Source: Eledone cirrhosa | Taxonomy: Eukaryota | DNA length: 64,000 nt | NCBI GenBank assembly: GCA_964016885.1 | Contig: OZ024741.1 | Span: forward strand, 107,260,001-107,324,000 | Direction: 5' to 3' | In this document: in pieces, positions 1 through 17,005 of the stretch | Layout of the letters: each line of letters begins with the position of its first letter | Numbering within the stretch: the stretch's first letter is position 1 | The notes under the pieces: generated by a model | What the model was told of the DNA's origin: nothing | The model's input: only the letters and a program-made list of their open reading frames with translations | Database searches by the model: none | Position numbers and translations under genes: made by a program

Positions 1-1448
<1,448 letters not shown>

Positions 1449-3228
1449 GTTCTTTGAGTCTCAGTCATTGATGTTAGTTAACTGGAAAGTTTGTTGAAAT
1501 GAATATCAAGCCACTACCTGCAGCCTCAGATATTCAGGACGTATCGGAGGGTTCTTGCTGTTCCCAGCAAGCAGGCCTTTTGAAGCGTTCCAAAAAGCGT
1601 GGCGGGGCCAATCTTCTTTAACCATCCCTGGAAACTTTTTGAGATAGTACCTAGTGCGCCTATGACAATCGGGACCACTTTGACTTCCTAGCAGTTCCAA
1701 ATCCTTTTTACCTCCCACTTTAAGTCCTGGTATCGGTTAATTTTCTCCCTCTCCTTCTCTTGCACTCTCGTGTCGAATGGGCAGGCCACATCCACAATCA
1801 GGCACGATCTTTTTTCCTTGTCCACAAACACCAGGTCAGGTCTATTGTGTTCCAGTTTCTTGTCCGTCTGTATCCTAAAATCCCACAGCACCTTCACCTG
1901 ATCGTTTTCTATCACCGACTCTGGCTTATGCTCATACCACTTCTCAGAATGTGGTAAATTGTTTACTTTGCATAGGTGCTAGTGGATCACCCTGCCCATT
2001 ACATCATGTCTCCAGCCTTTATAGTGAGTCTGGGATAGGTGTTTACACTTGGATACAATGTGAGCCACAGTCTCCTCTCTCTCTCCACAGATACTGCACA
2101 GTGGGCTAGCCTCCTCCTTGTAAATATGGTGTTTCAACCACTTCGTGTTGAGGGCCTGCTCTTGCACAGCCATTAGCATTCCTTCTGTAACCTTTTTAAG
2201 GTCTCCTCTTTTCAACCAGTTCCATGTTTGTGGATCTCTGAATTCAGTTTTCTCAAAGAAGGTAATATGAAGGGATTTTCTCCTTGTTATTTCCTCCTTG
2301 GACATCCCCTGGTCTATTGTTCTCTCCTTCAGTACAATTCTGAACATTGGCTCCTTACTATCAGTCACGTATTTGTGTAGGTTGCTTTTCTCCATCTGAA
2401 CACAGTCCTCTATGCTGATAAGACCTCTTCCACCTTCAGATCTCCTTAAGTAGAGTCTATCGACATCACTCCTCTTGTGGAACATGTTGTAGATAGTCAA
2501 TAGCTTCCTAGTCTTCCTATCCATTTCTTTTTATTCAGCAACATTCCATCTCAGAATTCCCGCACTGTACCTAATAATATACACAGCTCGGGAATTTACT
2601 GCACTTATGGCATTCCTACTGTTCAGATGTGACTTTAATACGCTGCTTACTCTCCGAATATATTCAGATCTCATCAATTCCTTCATTTTTTTGTTCTTGA
2701 TGTCATCAGCCTCCAGAACACCCAAATACTTGTATCCTTCTTCAGTGTCAATTTCCTTTATCATCTCACCTGTTGGTACCTGGATTCCGTTGCTTCTGCT
2801 CAATTTACCCCTCTTCAACACAAGGACGCCACACTTACTAATACCAAATTGCATACATATATCATTGCTGAAAATACGGACAGTGTCAACAAGCACATTC
2901 AACTCCTTCTCACTCTTCGCGAAGAGCTTAAGATCGTCCATGAAGAGGAGGTGATTGATGGTAAGCTCTCCCTTTCCCAACTTGTATCCTGCCCTCACTT
3001 TTTGCAGTATAATGGTCAGGGGAATCAGGGCAAGGAAAAACAACAGAGGGGACAGACTATCTCCCTGGAAGATACATCTCTTGATCTTCACACCTCCCAA
3101 GGATTCTCCAGCTGATGTTAACTCTGTTTTCCAGGACTTCATACTTCTGCCCAACAACTGTCTGATGTTATCTGCCACCTTGAAGATCTCTAGGCTTTTG
3201 GTGATCCAAAAATGAGGCGCCATGTCAA
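1449..3228 (-). mobile_element. R4/Dong-clade LINE, 5'-truncated and disrupted (RT, CCHC zinc finger, restriction-like endonuclease, 3' UTR)
   Basis: ORFs 2531..3337-, 1979..2524- and 1688..1915- give [59 protein letters not shown] and NRPDLVFVDKEKRSCLIVDVACPFD (PD..D nuclease). Both sides are (TAA)n, the known Dong target. Confidence 0.88.
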
Positions 3229-3285
<57 letters not shown>

Positions 3286-3472
3286 GGTGGTGGATTGGCA
3301 GTATCGGTAGAGGGTCAGACGCCATGCTTTGCAGCACAGTTACGTCACTTTACGAACTGAGTTCAAATCCCGCCGAGGTTAACTTTGCCTTTCATCCTTA
3401 CGGGGTCGATAAAATAAAGTACCAGTAATGTACTGGGTATTTGCTGGCCTTGTGCCAAAAGTAGAAACAATT
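3286..3472 (+). mobile_element. tRNA-derived SINE, family A
   Basis: A-box-like TGGCAGTATCGG, B-box-like GAGTTCAAATCCC, central GCCTTTCATCCTTACGGGGTCGATAAAATAAAGTACCAG (from memory, resembles the MetaSINE domain) and 3' GTGCCAAAAGTAGAAACAATTATT. About 20 copies in the window. Confidence 0.9.
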
Positions 3473-3483
3473 ATTATTATTAT

Positions 3484-6292
3484 TGTTAGAGAAAAATAGA
3501 AAGGAGGAGGAGCTGGTAGATAAGTTAGACGAGGCTATTCGTAGTGGCATTGCAACTGACGTGCTAGCGGTGAGAATGGCATTAGACCATTTATTCAATG
3601 CGAAACACGAAGGTTGCAGTGTCAGAGCTAAGGCGCGTGCGCTGAGAAACGAGGGAACCAAAGTTGTTCGAATGTGCCCGCGCACCGTGGTAATAAAACC
3701 ACAATTCGGTCTTTGGCGGACCGAGACGGACACGAGATAAGCGATTCCAAGCAGCTGTGTGAGGCCTTTCGCCAGCACTATGCTCGGTTGTTCGGGGAGA
3801 GTGACGTGTCAGAGAGAGTTGCAGATTTCAGTCCCTACCTTGACGGCTTGCCGCGCATTTCGACGGTCGACGCTGAGCGCTGCAAAGGGCCAATTACTTC
3901 AGCCGAAATTCAGGACGCCCTTTTCGACTGCATGAGGCGCAAGTCACCCGGTTTGGATGGCCTGCCCTACGAGCTTTACGTAAATATGCCAGACTTATTC
4001 TCCGATCTCCTCGAAGCGCTCTACTGCAACTGGCAGCAGAATGGGAATATTCCCATTTCTGTGAGCAGGGGAGTGGTGACGCTGATAAGGAAAGAGGAGA
4101 ACAAGAGGGATACATTAGAGAACTTCAGGCCCATAACTGTACTCAACACAGAGTTTAAGATTTTGGTGTTAAAGAGTGTCCAAGGTGTTAGCAAAGAGAT
4201 TGGCGCTTGTCGTCGAGGATTTGGTTGGGGAGGGGAAAACTTGCGCAATCCCAGCCAGGTTCATACACGACAATCTCCACCTCATGCGATACATCATAGA
4301 GAGGGTAGGGTGTAAACCTGGCTTCGGTGGGACACTGATCAATTTAGATCAATCGAAAGCATTCGATAGGGTCGACCATCGGTATCTGGAGGCTGTCCTC
4401 AAAGCGGCTGGCTTGGGCCCCGTCTTCAGAAGTTGGATCGCTGCAATGCACAGCGGCACATACTCGGTGTTCAAAGCTAATGGCCACCTCTCAGAACCAT
4501 TTCGGCTCTCCCCATTGGTCCGTCAAGGGTGCCCTATCTCTTCCCTTCTGTACGTATTGACTCTCGAGCCTTTACTGCGGTAGATGGAGCTGTTGCAGGG
4601 CATCCCGCTCGAACCGGGACGTGGAAGGGCTGTGTCGGCTTACGCGGACAACATCACCGTGATGGTGTCGGACACCTCAGAAATCGAGGTGGTCGGCAAC
4701 TTATCGGAGGAATATGAACGGTTGAGGGGAGAAAAACTTAACCCGGAAAAGTCGGTGGGCTTGCAACTCGGTACCTGGAGAGGCAAGTCCATGCCGTCCA
4801 ACAGCGTCGTGGGGCGCTGGACGGACGGACCGGTAAAGTTGCTCGGGGTTTCATTCGGACCAGACCTCCAGGTGGATAAGAATTGGGACGAGGTAACGAG
4901 CAAGGTAGCCAGTCTCATCCATAAATGGGCTGCGAGGAAGCTATCACTGAAAGGTTGCGCGGAGGTGGCGAATGCGTACATCACGTCCGTCATCTAATAT
5001 CGCCTGACCGTCGTGCCTTGCCCCCATACACGCCTCGTCAAGCTGGAACGGCTCCTCTTCAAATTCTTGTGGAAGGGACAAGTTCCATTGGTGAGGCGGT
5101 CCATCTGCTGCCAGCACCCTCTACGCGGAGGGCTGGGCATGCCGTGGCTAATGATGCGGAGACATGCGCTGAGGCTGAGACATCTCCATATATTCTGCCT
5201 AAACGGTGAACAGGTGTGGTCGCCGTTTATTAGACGGGCCTTTCCGCAGCTCGTTTATTTGACTGAGCTGTAGCCCTGGGTCAAGAAGAGACCAAGACTG
5301 GGTGACTGGCACCTGGAATGTTGCCAGGCACTCACTGCCCTCTACCAAGAGGGCAATGCGATCAGTGGAACTTCCACTCTCGAGTTCTATAGAGGATTAG
5401 TGGTGGGCAAGTGCGATGACGCACTCGGAGAAGCTTTGGGCCTCGACGAAGTCGAACTGACCAGTCTGTACTAGAGGACTTTCGAGCCGGGTACGATGGA
5501 CAATTTCCAGAAATCCCTCGCTTGGCAGTGCTATCGGGGGACACTGCCTGTTCGGGATAAACTCTACAGGCACGGAAGTGCTGTCAGACGGACCTGACCT
5601 AGGTGCGCACAGAGCGACGAAACCGTTCTGGACGCACTTGTCCAATGTCCGTGCATTACTGACTTGTGGAGTTATGTCTTACAGCTACTGTCACGTGTGC
5701 AACGGATCCGGCTATCGCCTGAGTCCATATTGGAGATCGACCCGCCACCTTCCTTTGGTCAGGAAGAGCAGGCAATTTTCCTCTATCTGGTGGCCGTTAC
5801 GAAATAGGTTATATGGTGGACCAGATTGAAAGGACTGAAGACAGACACTTTTCTCTTCGGCCAATCCCTCATCAACTTCTTCAAGTTTCACCTGGAATGG
5901 AAGGTGAGGGTGGAGAGAGAAGTGCTGCCCCCCAGTACATTTGCTAAAAGGTGGATGAATGTGGCGACAATGGCCCGTATGAATGGGCCTACTATGACCA
6001 TGCGCCTATAGGCTAGCTAACTTGAGAAGAGGGGCGCTCTCCATGGGTGCCCTAGAAGCGCAGGGTGGTTCAGGATTGGTGGGGTACCTGAGTCACCCCT
6101 GGGTCACCCACCCCTATAGGGGAATTTATTTTGTTATATTTATGCATAGTTTATTTTATATTTTTTATATCTTCATTGTTGAATTGGTCTTGCTATTGTG
6201 CACTTTTACTCGACCTTATTGTAAACCCCTACGGTCCCTGTCTTTCTATTGTCCCCTAGATGTCGGCCCTTGTGGCCAATAAATGAAATCAT
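3484..6292 (+). mobile_element. Tx1/L1-clade LINE, 5'-truncated ORF2 pseudogene with 3' UTR and (TAT)n tail
   Basis: Broken ORFs give KSPGLDGLPYELY, NFRPITVLN, LDQSKAFDRVDH, VRQGCPIS, SAYADN, VKLLGV and GGLGMP. There are several stops and frameshifts, then AATAAA at about 6278 followed by (TAT)n. Confidence 0.88.
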
Positions 6293-6315
6293 CATTATTA
6301 TTATTATTATTATTA

Positions 6316-6361
<46 letters not shown>

Positions 6362-6517
6362 CATTATTATTATTTTCTCAATGCAGACTTATATTTCACT
6401 GTGTCGCAAAGTTCATCTCCGTGTACATCAGGTGTGTATTGTGTGTAAATCTCTCACTATCTCTATCTCTTCTTATTTCGGTCATATATATATATATATA
6501 TTATTTATATATAAACA

Positions 6518-6602
<85 letters not shown>

Positions 6603-7604
6603 TAGATATAGATATATATTCATAACTGCATGTGCATGACCGCCTTATGTGGTTTTTGTCTATTTTTGTAAATGCTGTTCTATTCATGCATGCATGTATT
6701 CACACACACACACGCACACAAGCACACATTCACACTCACACAATCACACATATGCAATGTATACGAATCATTGGCAATTCCTATTATGTTTACTGTGAAG
6801 TTTGCACAATTGTGTTTATTAAATTCCATTCACATACAAATTCACAACTTGGATTGGTACTTTGTTTTATCGACCACCTGCTCAGAGCGCAGAAAATGAT
6901 GGAACTGCCCCAATTCAATTCGTGTGGTCCGTTACTCTAAACAACTCTGCTAATAAAATTACATTGGTTACTATTGAAAATTAGATATTTCATCTCACCT
7001 AACACGAGTAGCATCTCACAACCAGGCAGCTAGGTATTCTTTATGTGGTCACTGGATCTTCAATGGTCTTAAAAGGAGAAGCACACATTCGATAATTTGG
7101 TTTTGCATGTCTAAGGGGTGAAAGCAAACTCAGAAATGTCCGAGAATTAATTATAGTCGCACTGGGTCATGACTGATCAACAGTTAAGCAACAACGCTAA
7201 TAATAGGCTGACATACAACTAGAACAACAACAAGCATAGCTTTGCGAAGTCAGATTTGTCGTTCGGGCTAAGCAACAATAACTAAAATACAACAAATATC
7301 ACAACAAAAGCCATAGCTCTGCGTGATCATGACTAACCTCGAGCTAAGCAAAAAGCAACAAAAACAATAACAAACATTATTCTGCTTGACCAAGAATGAC
7401 TTGGGGGTTAAACATATGACAACAATAATAAGATGAATAACTTCCATGGATTGGCTCAACCATAATTGACCTAGAGTAAATATCAATAACAACAATGATA
7501 GGGTTACTCAATTGGAATCAGGGCTGACCGTAGTTTAAAGGATATCTGCAGCAAACATCAGTCTACTGGATCAGGATCGTCTTGGCGAGGAACAACAAAC
7601 ATGT

Positions 7605-7777
7605 TTGGCAGTATCGGTAGAGCGTCAGACACCATACTTTGCAGCATAGTTATGGCCTTTTACGTTCTGAGTTCAAATCTACCGAGGTTAACTTTGCCTT
7701 TCATCCTTAGGGGTCGATAAAATAAAGTACCAGTGATGCACTGGGGTAATCGCTGGCCTTGTACCAAAAGTAGAAAC
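7605..7777 (+). mobile_element. SINE family A copy
   Basis: Matches 3295-3468. Confidence 0.88.
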
Positions 7778-8059
7778 TCTATATTATATCATATTATATC
7801 ACAACACATCCCACTGCTACATTGATGAAAATATCCTTCTTCTGCTACTATATCCTGCAACTCCAACGCTCAACAAAGAAGCCATTTAGCATCGTTAATT
7901 CGCACCATCAAAACAAGACGCCATTTATTTCAATATGTTAACGTCTTTTAATACCATTAATAGTATATATTTTTTATTATTTTAATTTTCTCCCCAGTAA
8001 TTCCTTCAATTTACTATTCACTTTTATCTTTATTTCTTCCATTATTTTTAACTTGCCTT

Positions 8060-8132
<73 letters not shown>

Positions 8133-8156
8133 CCCATACGTATATTTGTATATATT

Positions 8157-8217
<61 letters not shown>

Positions 8218-8428
8218 CGACAGTCGATCGACTTTCGTCAAATCGGACATATATATATATATATGTATATATACGCAAGCTATATTTTTCGATCCAGTAA
8301 TGGTAATAAATCAGTCAATTCTAATTTAAAGCTAAAATTGAAAATTTAAAAAAAAAAAAAAATTGAACAATCGATTAACATGGAAAACTAAATCAAACTG
8401 CACAAAATGGCTGCCTTTGTTCACTTTA

Positions 8429-8520
<92 letters not shown>

Positions 8521-8670
8521 ATACCACTACTGCTGCTACTGCTGCTGCTACTACTAATACTACTACTACTACTGCTGCTGCTGCTAGTGCTACTACGACT
8601 ACAACAACAATAACAACAACAACAACAGCTACTACTACTACTACTACCACCACCACCACTACTACTACTC
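8429..8670. repeat. Compound (TAC)n/(TGC)n/(AAC)n microsatellite
   Basis: Read directly. Confidence 0.95.
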
Positions 8671-8671
8671 A

Positions 8672-9500
8672 CCTGGCATCTAGGATGCTAGCTGGCGATC
8701 ACAACACAGTTGGACAACGCTATAGGCGACCTGTAAAAGGGGACGTTTCTTTCTATATAGTTTTAATTGAAGATATGTGTGACAATAGCCTGGGAGCGAT
8801 TCCGGCCGTTGACGAAGATAGTCTGAGAACATTCTTCTGATGGAGTTTCAGGTCGAGGATTATGGACAATTTCCAAAACTCTTTGGCAATACTCTGTTAC
8901 ATAAGGACACTACCAGTTCGAGACAATCTGTACAGCTGAAACTGTCATGCATGCTATTGCATGATCTTGTATCTTACTATCACATGCAGGAAATATCCAT
9001 CTACTAGTTGCGGCTACAGTGAATAGTCAAATGCCACCTTCCTTTAGTTGCGGCAGGTTTTCCTCTGCCTAGTAGATATGGCGAAGAAGCTGTATGGTAG
9101 ACGCATCTAAAAGATTTGAAGATAGGAAGGAATCTTTCAATTCGGCCCAGCACTCATCAACTTCTTCAAGTACCACATGAGAAGAAAGTTGATGGTTATG
9201 AAGGAGACGCTGAGTTCTAATGAGATTTATAAAAGACAGACAAGAAGGGCGAGATTGACGAGGCTGAATAGGTCTACACTGACTATTTTTTACTAAGCAG
9301 GAGGAAAGAAACCGAGATAAAACACTTTCGATATCCGTGAGGCCAGAGAGTAATCTGGTGTTTTATAAAAGGTTTACTTTGGCTGGAATTATTATGAAGG
9401 ACATGCCTCCTCGTATTGAGGAATTTTTCCTAGTCGAAATCTGTTATTTTTTGTATTGTTATCATTACTATTTATTATTGTTATATCTATTCTTGTCAAT
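8672..9500 (+). mobile_element. Old, degraded Tx1-like LINE 3' fragment
   Basis: Segments align by eye with 5310-6000, e.g. ATGGACAATTTCCAAAACTCTTTGGC and CTCATCAACTTCTTCAAGTACCAC. Confidence 0.7.
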
Positions 9501-9879
9501 ACGGTGTGTTTTGTCGTACTTGTATTTCTCCAATGCATAGATAACATATATACACACAAACACGTAAATATTCGTACACATTAAGTGTGACACGACGAAA
9601 TTTTACTTTAAAATGTTTTTATTGTATATCGAACGTTATATATGTTTTAGAAATGGCTGTTCGAGATCTATATCGATGTGATAGACCAAACTCCTCAGTC
9701 ATGTGGACACAATCAAAACATTTATCATGTAGATCCCGAACAAATCATCTGAGAAACATATGTCTCGGTCGATATACAATTAAAACATTTTAAAGTGAAA
9801 CTTCGTCATATCGCACTTACTATATAGATTCTACTACAGAATCAAAGACTCTCATTCATAGCACAAAATTACTGAATAA

Positions 9880-10260
9880 CCTACATACATACACATGTAC
9901 ATACATACATACATAAATACATACGTACATACATGCATACATAAGTACATACATACATACATAAGTACATAAATACATACGTACATACATACATAAATAC
10001 ATACGTACATACATACATACATAAGTACATAAATACATACGTATATACATACATACATAAATGCATACGTACATACATACATAAATACATACGTACATAC
10101 ATACATAAATACATAAATACATACGTACATACATACATAAATGCATACGTACATACATACATAAATACATACGTACATACATACATGAATACATAAATAC
10201 ATACGTACATACATACATAAATACATACGTACATACATAAATACATACGTACATACGTAT
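9880..10260. repeat. (TACA)n-derived minisatellite with ATAAATACATACGTAC higher-order units
   Basis: Read directly. Confidence 0.9.
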
Positions 10261-10629
10261 TTACAGGTACACAGACAGGTATAGATAGTGTAATCAAAAA
10301 AATTATCTTTGATACAGTGAAAATTGATATGTATCACCTAAGTAGCAATTATGTCCTTATGTCAATCAAATTGCATATCTGTGCAATCAGAAGTACATTA
10401 GAACTTGTCGGCAGCGGAATTTTCAAGATAAATTGGTAAATTTCTGAAATGCTCAGACAGAGAGAAATCACAGAACTATTGTCTGAACAATTTCATTACA
10501 ATTTCTGATCTATGATGGCAGAAAACTTTGACTTATATTCAAGGTTATGTCAGCTCCAAATATTTCGACACATGGCCTCACTGTTCGAAACAATAACTTT
10601 ACAGCACCGTCGCAACTCAGAGAGTGTAT

Positions 10630-12345
<1,716 letters not shown>

Positions 12346-13377
12346 ATTAAATAAACGAAGGAGGATGTTATAAAGCATTGTCTCGCAACTCCTGTCCCTA
12401 TCATTGACTATCGATAGAAAGACGTGTCATCACCGCACGATATTTTCTCATTAAGAGGTCCACGCTATACAGACATCGGTCACGCCTCTCAGCTTTGGCC
12501 TCCGTCCTGCTGCCTGCTTACAAGAGAAACGAGATTATTAATTCTTCAGTTGGTTTACCTGCGTTGAAGACGAGTGAGAAGTGTCCAAGATGTGACCACA
12601 GGTCAAAAGATATATCATTCCTGATGGATTTGCTCTCTATGCTATCAGCCAGGCACTGTCTTACCAATTTATTTTTCTGGCACTGCAGAATAGATTTTGT
12701 TGCATGTAATACATACATACATACATACATACATACATACATACATACATACATACATACATACATACATACATACATACATCCGTATATACATACATAA
12801 ATGTATGCATATATACATACGTACGTACATACATTCATACATTCATATATACATACATATATACGTATATATATATATATATACACGTATATATATGTAA
12901 ATATATATATATAAAAGATACATATGTACACACACACACACACATACACACACATATATATATATAAATACGTATATATGAAGTTGGGTTAACAACTAAA
13001 GCCTCTTCGTGGTTACTCATTCCTGGAAAAATACCTGCCAAATCTTACTGAAATCTCCTTTAAATTAGGAAGAAGAGATATTGAATAGTGTTTGTTTCAA
13101 TACATTATTTGAATAGGACAGGATGGTCAAGGTTGGAATATTTTACCATATTTCTACTCAATCAGGTCCAAGATGGAACTAAACAATAAACCTAGCACCA
13201 CCATTTTCAGGAGCATCAACCACCACCAGAATCACAATCAGCACCACTACCTAAAACACCACCAGCAACATCGAAACATGAACTATTTCTTATATAACAT
13301 ACGCAATTTATATACGTCCTGTTGTATTGCATAAACTAAGATTTAACCGAAAATAATAATCATTCCCTTTCTTTCAG

Positions 13378-13565
13378 GAGATAAAAGCGAATGTGATGGT
13401 AAAGATAATGGTCAAAATTCGTCTAAAAGAAGACGTACACGGACAAATTTTAGTGGTTGGCAGTTGGATGAATTGGAACAAGCATTTAAAGACAGTCACT
13501 ATCCTGATGTATTTATGAGAGAAGCTCTTGCACTAAAGTTAGATTTAGTGGAATCCAGAGTCCAA
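13378..13565 (+). CDS. unc-4: Internal coding exon of an Unc-4/Uncx paired-like homeobox gene (N-terminal arm to start of helix 3)
   Basis: Acceptor CCCTTTCTTTCAG|GA at 13377/13378 and donor CAA|GTAAG at 13565/13566. Hand translation: [63 protein letters not shown]. [22 protein letters not shown] and DLVESRVQ are characteristic of Unc-4/Uncx. The phase-0 intron between Q and VWFQN is typical of PRD-class genes. Confidence 0.93.
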
Positions 13566-13814
13566 GTAAGACTTATTCATATCTACATTGACATTCCAGA
13601 CTAATTTCTAATTTTAGATATCCTATTTTAGTTTTATTTTATTTTAATTTTATTTCTCTTTGATATTCTATTATATGGTGTTTGCATTTGCAGCAACGTT
13701 AAGAAAGAATGCTGATCTTTGTTAAAGAGAAGGAATATTTTAGCTGGTACTTTAGTAAAAGTGATTTTTACCTATCATTTATGTCTTAGAAATACCTATA
13801 AGGAGAGAGTTTAA

Positions 13815-13876
<62 letters not shown>

Positions 13877-13886
13877 TACATATAAC

Positions 13887-14031
<145 letters not shown>

Positions 14032-14949
14032 GTGTGTGTGTGTGTGTATTCAGTGACATATAGATTCTGTTTAACCCCTATAGTTAGTGTTTTACTGGCA
14101 CAAGATACTGTTTATGTCTGTATTTCTTCTATTACTTTCTTTTTTCTGAACTATTTCTGATGTATTTTTACTTTTATAACTTGATAATACCTCCTTATAC
14201 ATATGGTTGTTTGAGGAAAGAGAAAATACTTGTAAAATTGACATGCCACATGTAAATTACCTATATCAAATGACAAAAGCGTGCGTGTATGTTTATGTAT
14301 GTAAGTGTGTGTGGGAATTTGTTTTAAAAGTGTGTGTGTATATGTATACAAGCGAATGTGGGAATGTCTTTTTTTAGTGTAGAATCGTTTTCATGGCGTT
14401 AATATATTTGCGATAATGAGAGAAATATCTTTCACTGTTGGGAATATATTTGTATTACTGTGCTTATGGTCGTTATTAACAGCAGATTATCTACAAACTA
14501 TTCCTCACTCAATACAAAATGGCAACAACCTTTTTTCTATGGTTTCCTTCGCCTTTTGTTTTATTACGCTTATATCCCAGATGGTGGCCAATTTTTTCTA
14601 AAGTACAATTATAGAATAATATAGTTAGTATGGATAGATTTATGTTACACAGCGGAATCACAGAGATCATGAAAGGATATAAACTATATTGAATTCATTT
14701 CAAATGATTTCCTTGTTACAATGCCATAGGCCCCGAGTGGTGACATAGCATTTGAAAAGCAAATTGTTTATTAACCATATTTTCCGTCAATAAACTAAAT
14801 TATAATTTGCCATATTTCTAAATAATTCCCTGTGGAGGTGGCAGGAAATATGTCTGGCATGGAACCGAAAGGGTGAGAACAGTGATGGTCTGCTTCTTTA
14901 ACTCCCACGTTTGAAACACATATACCAATCTATTTATCTACTCTGTATT

Positions 14950-15020
<71 letters not shown>

Positions 15021-15247
15021 GCCTGCCTGCCTGTCCCTGTTCTTGTCTGTCTCTGTGTCTGTCTGTCTGTCGTTTAGTCTTTATGCCTGCTTCTCTGTCT
15101 GTCATTCTGTTTGTCTATTTCTCTAACTGTTTCTCTAGCTACCTAACTACAGACCTATCTCTCTCTCTTTCACCTCTCTCTTTCACGCCTCTCTCTATAC
15201 TTCTTTCTCTCTCTCTCTCTTACTTTCTCACTATTCCCTCCTCTCTC

Positions 15248-15286
<39 letters not shown>

Positions 15287-15394
15287 GAAATGCCTACGAC
15301 GGTTGGAAGGCCACTGATGAGGACAAACTTTTTCATATGTAACCCATTTGCAGCGCCGCAGCTCCATTATTATCATATTTACATATATATATAT

Positions 15395-15425
<31 letters not shown>

Positions 15426-15729
15426 GTGGTGGAACACTGGAAGGTAATAACCGTAGTGGTAGAGCACTCAGTCCATGGGACGAGTTAGGTAGAAGTGGTT
15501 ACACAACAGTTAGTTCACCATACCGAGAACAATTGTTTCACCTTAGCGGATCCTCAGCTCGTAAGGGGCATGGTTATAGGAACAGGAAGGACACGCGTAC
15601 GAACGCGCATGCATGCGCGTTCGTACGCGTGTCCTTCCTGTTCCTATAACCATGCCCCTTACGAGCTGAGGATCCGCTAAGGTGAAACAATTGTTCTCGG
15701 TATGGTGAACTAACTGTTGTGTAACCACT

Positions 15730-15732
<3 letters not shown>
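15426..15732. repeat. Snap-back element: 65-bp head plus 242-bp perfect palindrome (15491-15732)
   Basis: Identical 61-aa ORFs on both strands (15495..15680+ and 15543..15728-). The centre lies between 15611 and 15612 with no spacer. It sits between (TA)n and (CT)n, and a partial arm recurs at 47333-47405. Confidence 0.92.
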
Positions 15733-15802
<70 letters not shown>

Positions 15803-16737
15803 TAGCGAGAATCGTATTTCGGCTATTGGAAATTAGCGAAAAACAACTTCCGAGATGTGTGGCGAGCGCTCCATAGAAGCTAGTGAACTAGAGCAACAAC
15901 ATAAGTTAAAAGGCCAAACACACTGAGACAATGGTTAAACCATTATCCGCACAGCCATAGAAACGACCAAGTAATTCGGGTCAAACAAATAAAATATATA
16001 TTTGTCTGATTATCTGATTTTCTATTTTCTATAGCTAGCTCTCTCTGTCTCTCTGTCTGTCTCTCTCTCTATCTCTCTCTCGCTCTTTCTCAACACTAGT
16101 ATAAGAAAATAACCCTCTAAATTAGAATTGCATTATTAAATGAAATAGCAACCAATCATCTGAAGACCTCATAGTCCAGAGGTATGATCTAACCTACGAA
16201 ATCATAAATCCTTTGATCGCCGTCACAGCTATCGTAATTTTGATATATACACGACATCAGAAAGATGTAAGAAAAGAACTAGAGAGGTATTTTGAAGATA
16301 CAGGGTGTAAAACCCTAAACTCTTAACTATAACCACATCCACAGCTGAAAAACTAAAATATATGTCTACAACATATAAACGGCAAATGTTGAAGACCTTC
16401 TTTTCCAGTGATCCCAAATCAGTCTGTCGTAGCTTCAAAGTGAAACGCCCAACCCCTGTAACAGACTCCTCTGCAGAAGATCTGATTGAGAGCTATTGGA
16501 GATATGTATGAGTTCAACATGCTAGCTGTTCGACTCGAAGAACTAGAACAAAAGCACAGTCAGCATGTTCCACCCCAAAAATATGAAAATAAAGCGTCAC
16601 CTTATTATAATGAAACATTAAAATGCAGTGGTTTTAGAAATGCGGTTAATTGCACGGATAAGAATTATATTGATGCTCAGATATGGAAAATAGAAAATGT
16701 AAACATGATTAGTTAAATGTTATGTTTAGTTTTAAGT

Positions 16738-17005
16738 GAGAGCACGTGGATTAGTGGTTAGGGTTTGGAATTACAATCATAATGAAGTGGGTCCGATACC
16801 TGGACCGTGTTGTGTTCTTCAGTAACACATTTAATTTCACGCCGCTCTATAATACTCTGCTGAAAATGAGTACCAGCAGTAGCTAGGTGATTAACCCTGA
16901 GATGAACTGGCGTCATGTCCAGTGGTGGCGGATCCTTGTAATCTCAGTCGTGTAACGCCACGGAAACCGGTATAAGCACTGATCTAATGAGCCACCGGGT
17001 TTCAG
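16738..17005 (+). mobile_element. SINE family B (tRNA-like head, V-domain-like CCTGAGATGAACTGGCGTC), old
   Basis: Head GTGGATTAGTGGTTAGGG and GCTGAAAATGAGTACCAGC. Related sequence at 62990-63220 (+) and 46125-46190 (-). Confidence 0.65.

Noticed and set aside
3286-3372. tRNA gene at the SINE head
   Set aside because: It has A/B boxes but no full cloverleaf, and is part of a multi-copy SINE.
13375-13380. NAGNAG alternative acceptor (CAGGAG)
   Set aside because: A distal GAG is rarely used and there is no transcript evidence.
15495-15728. Identical 61-aa ORFs on both strands
   Set aside because: A consequence of the palindrome, not a gene pair.
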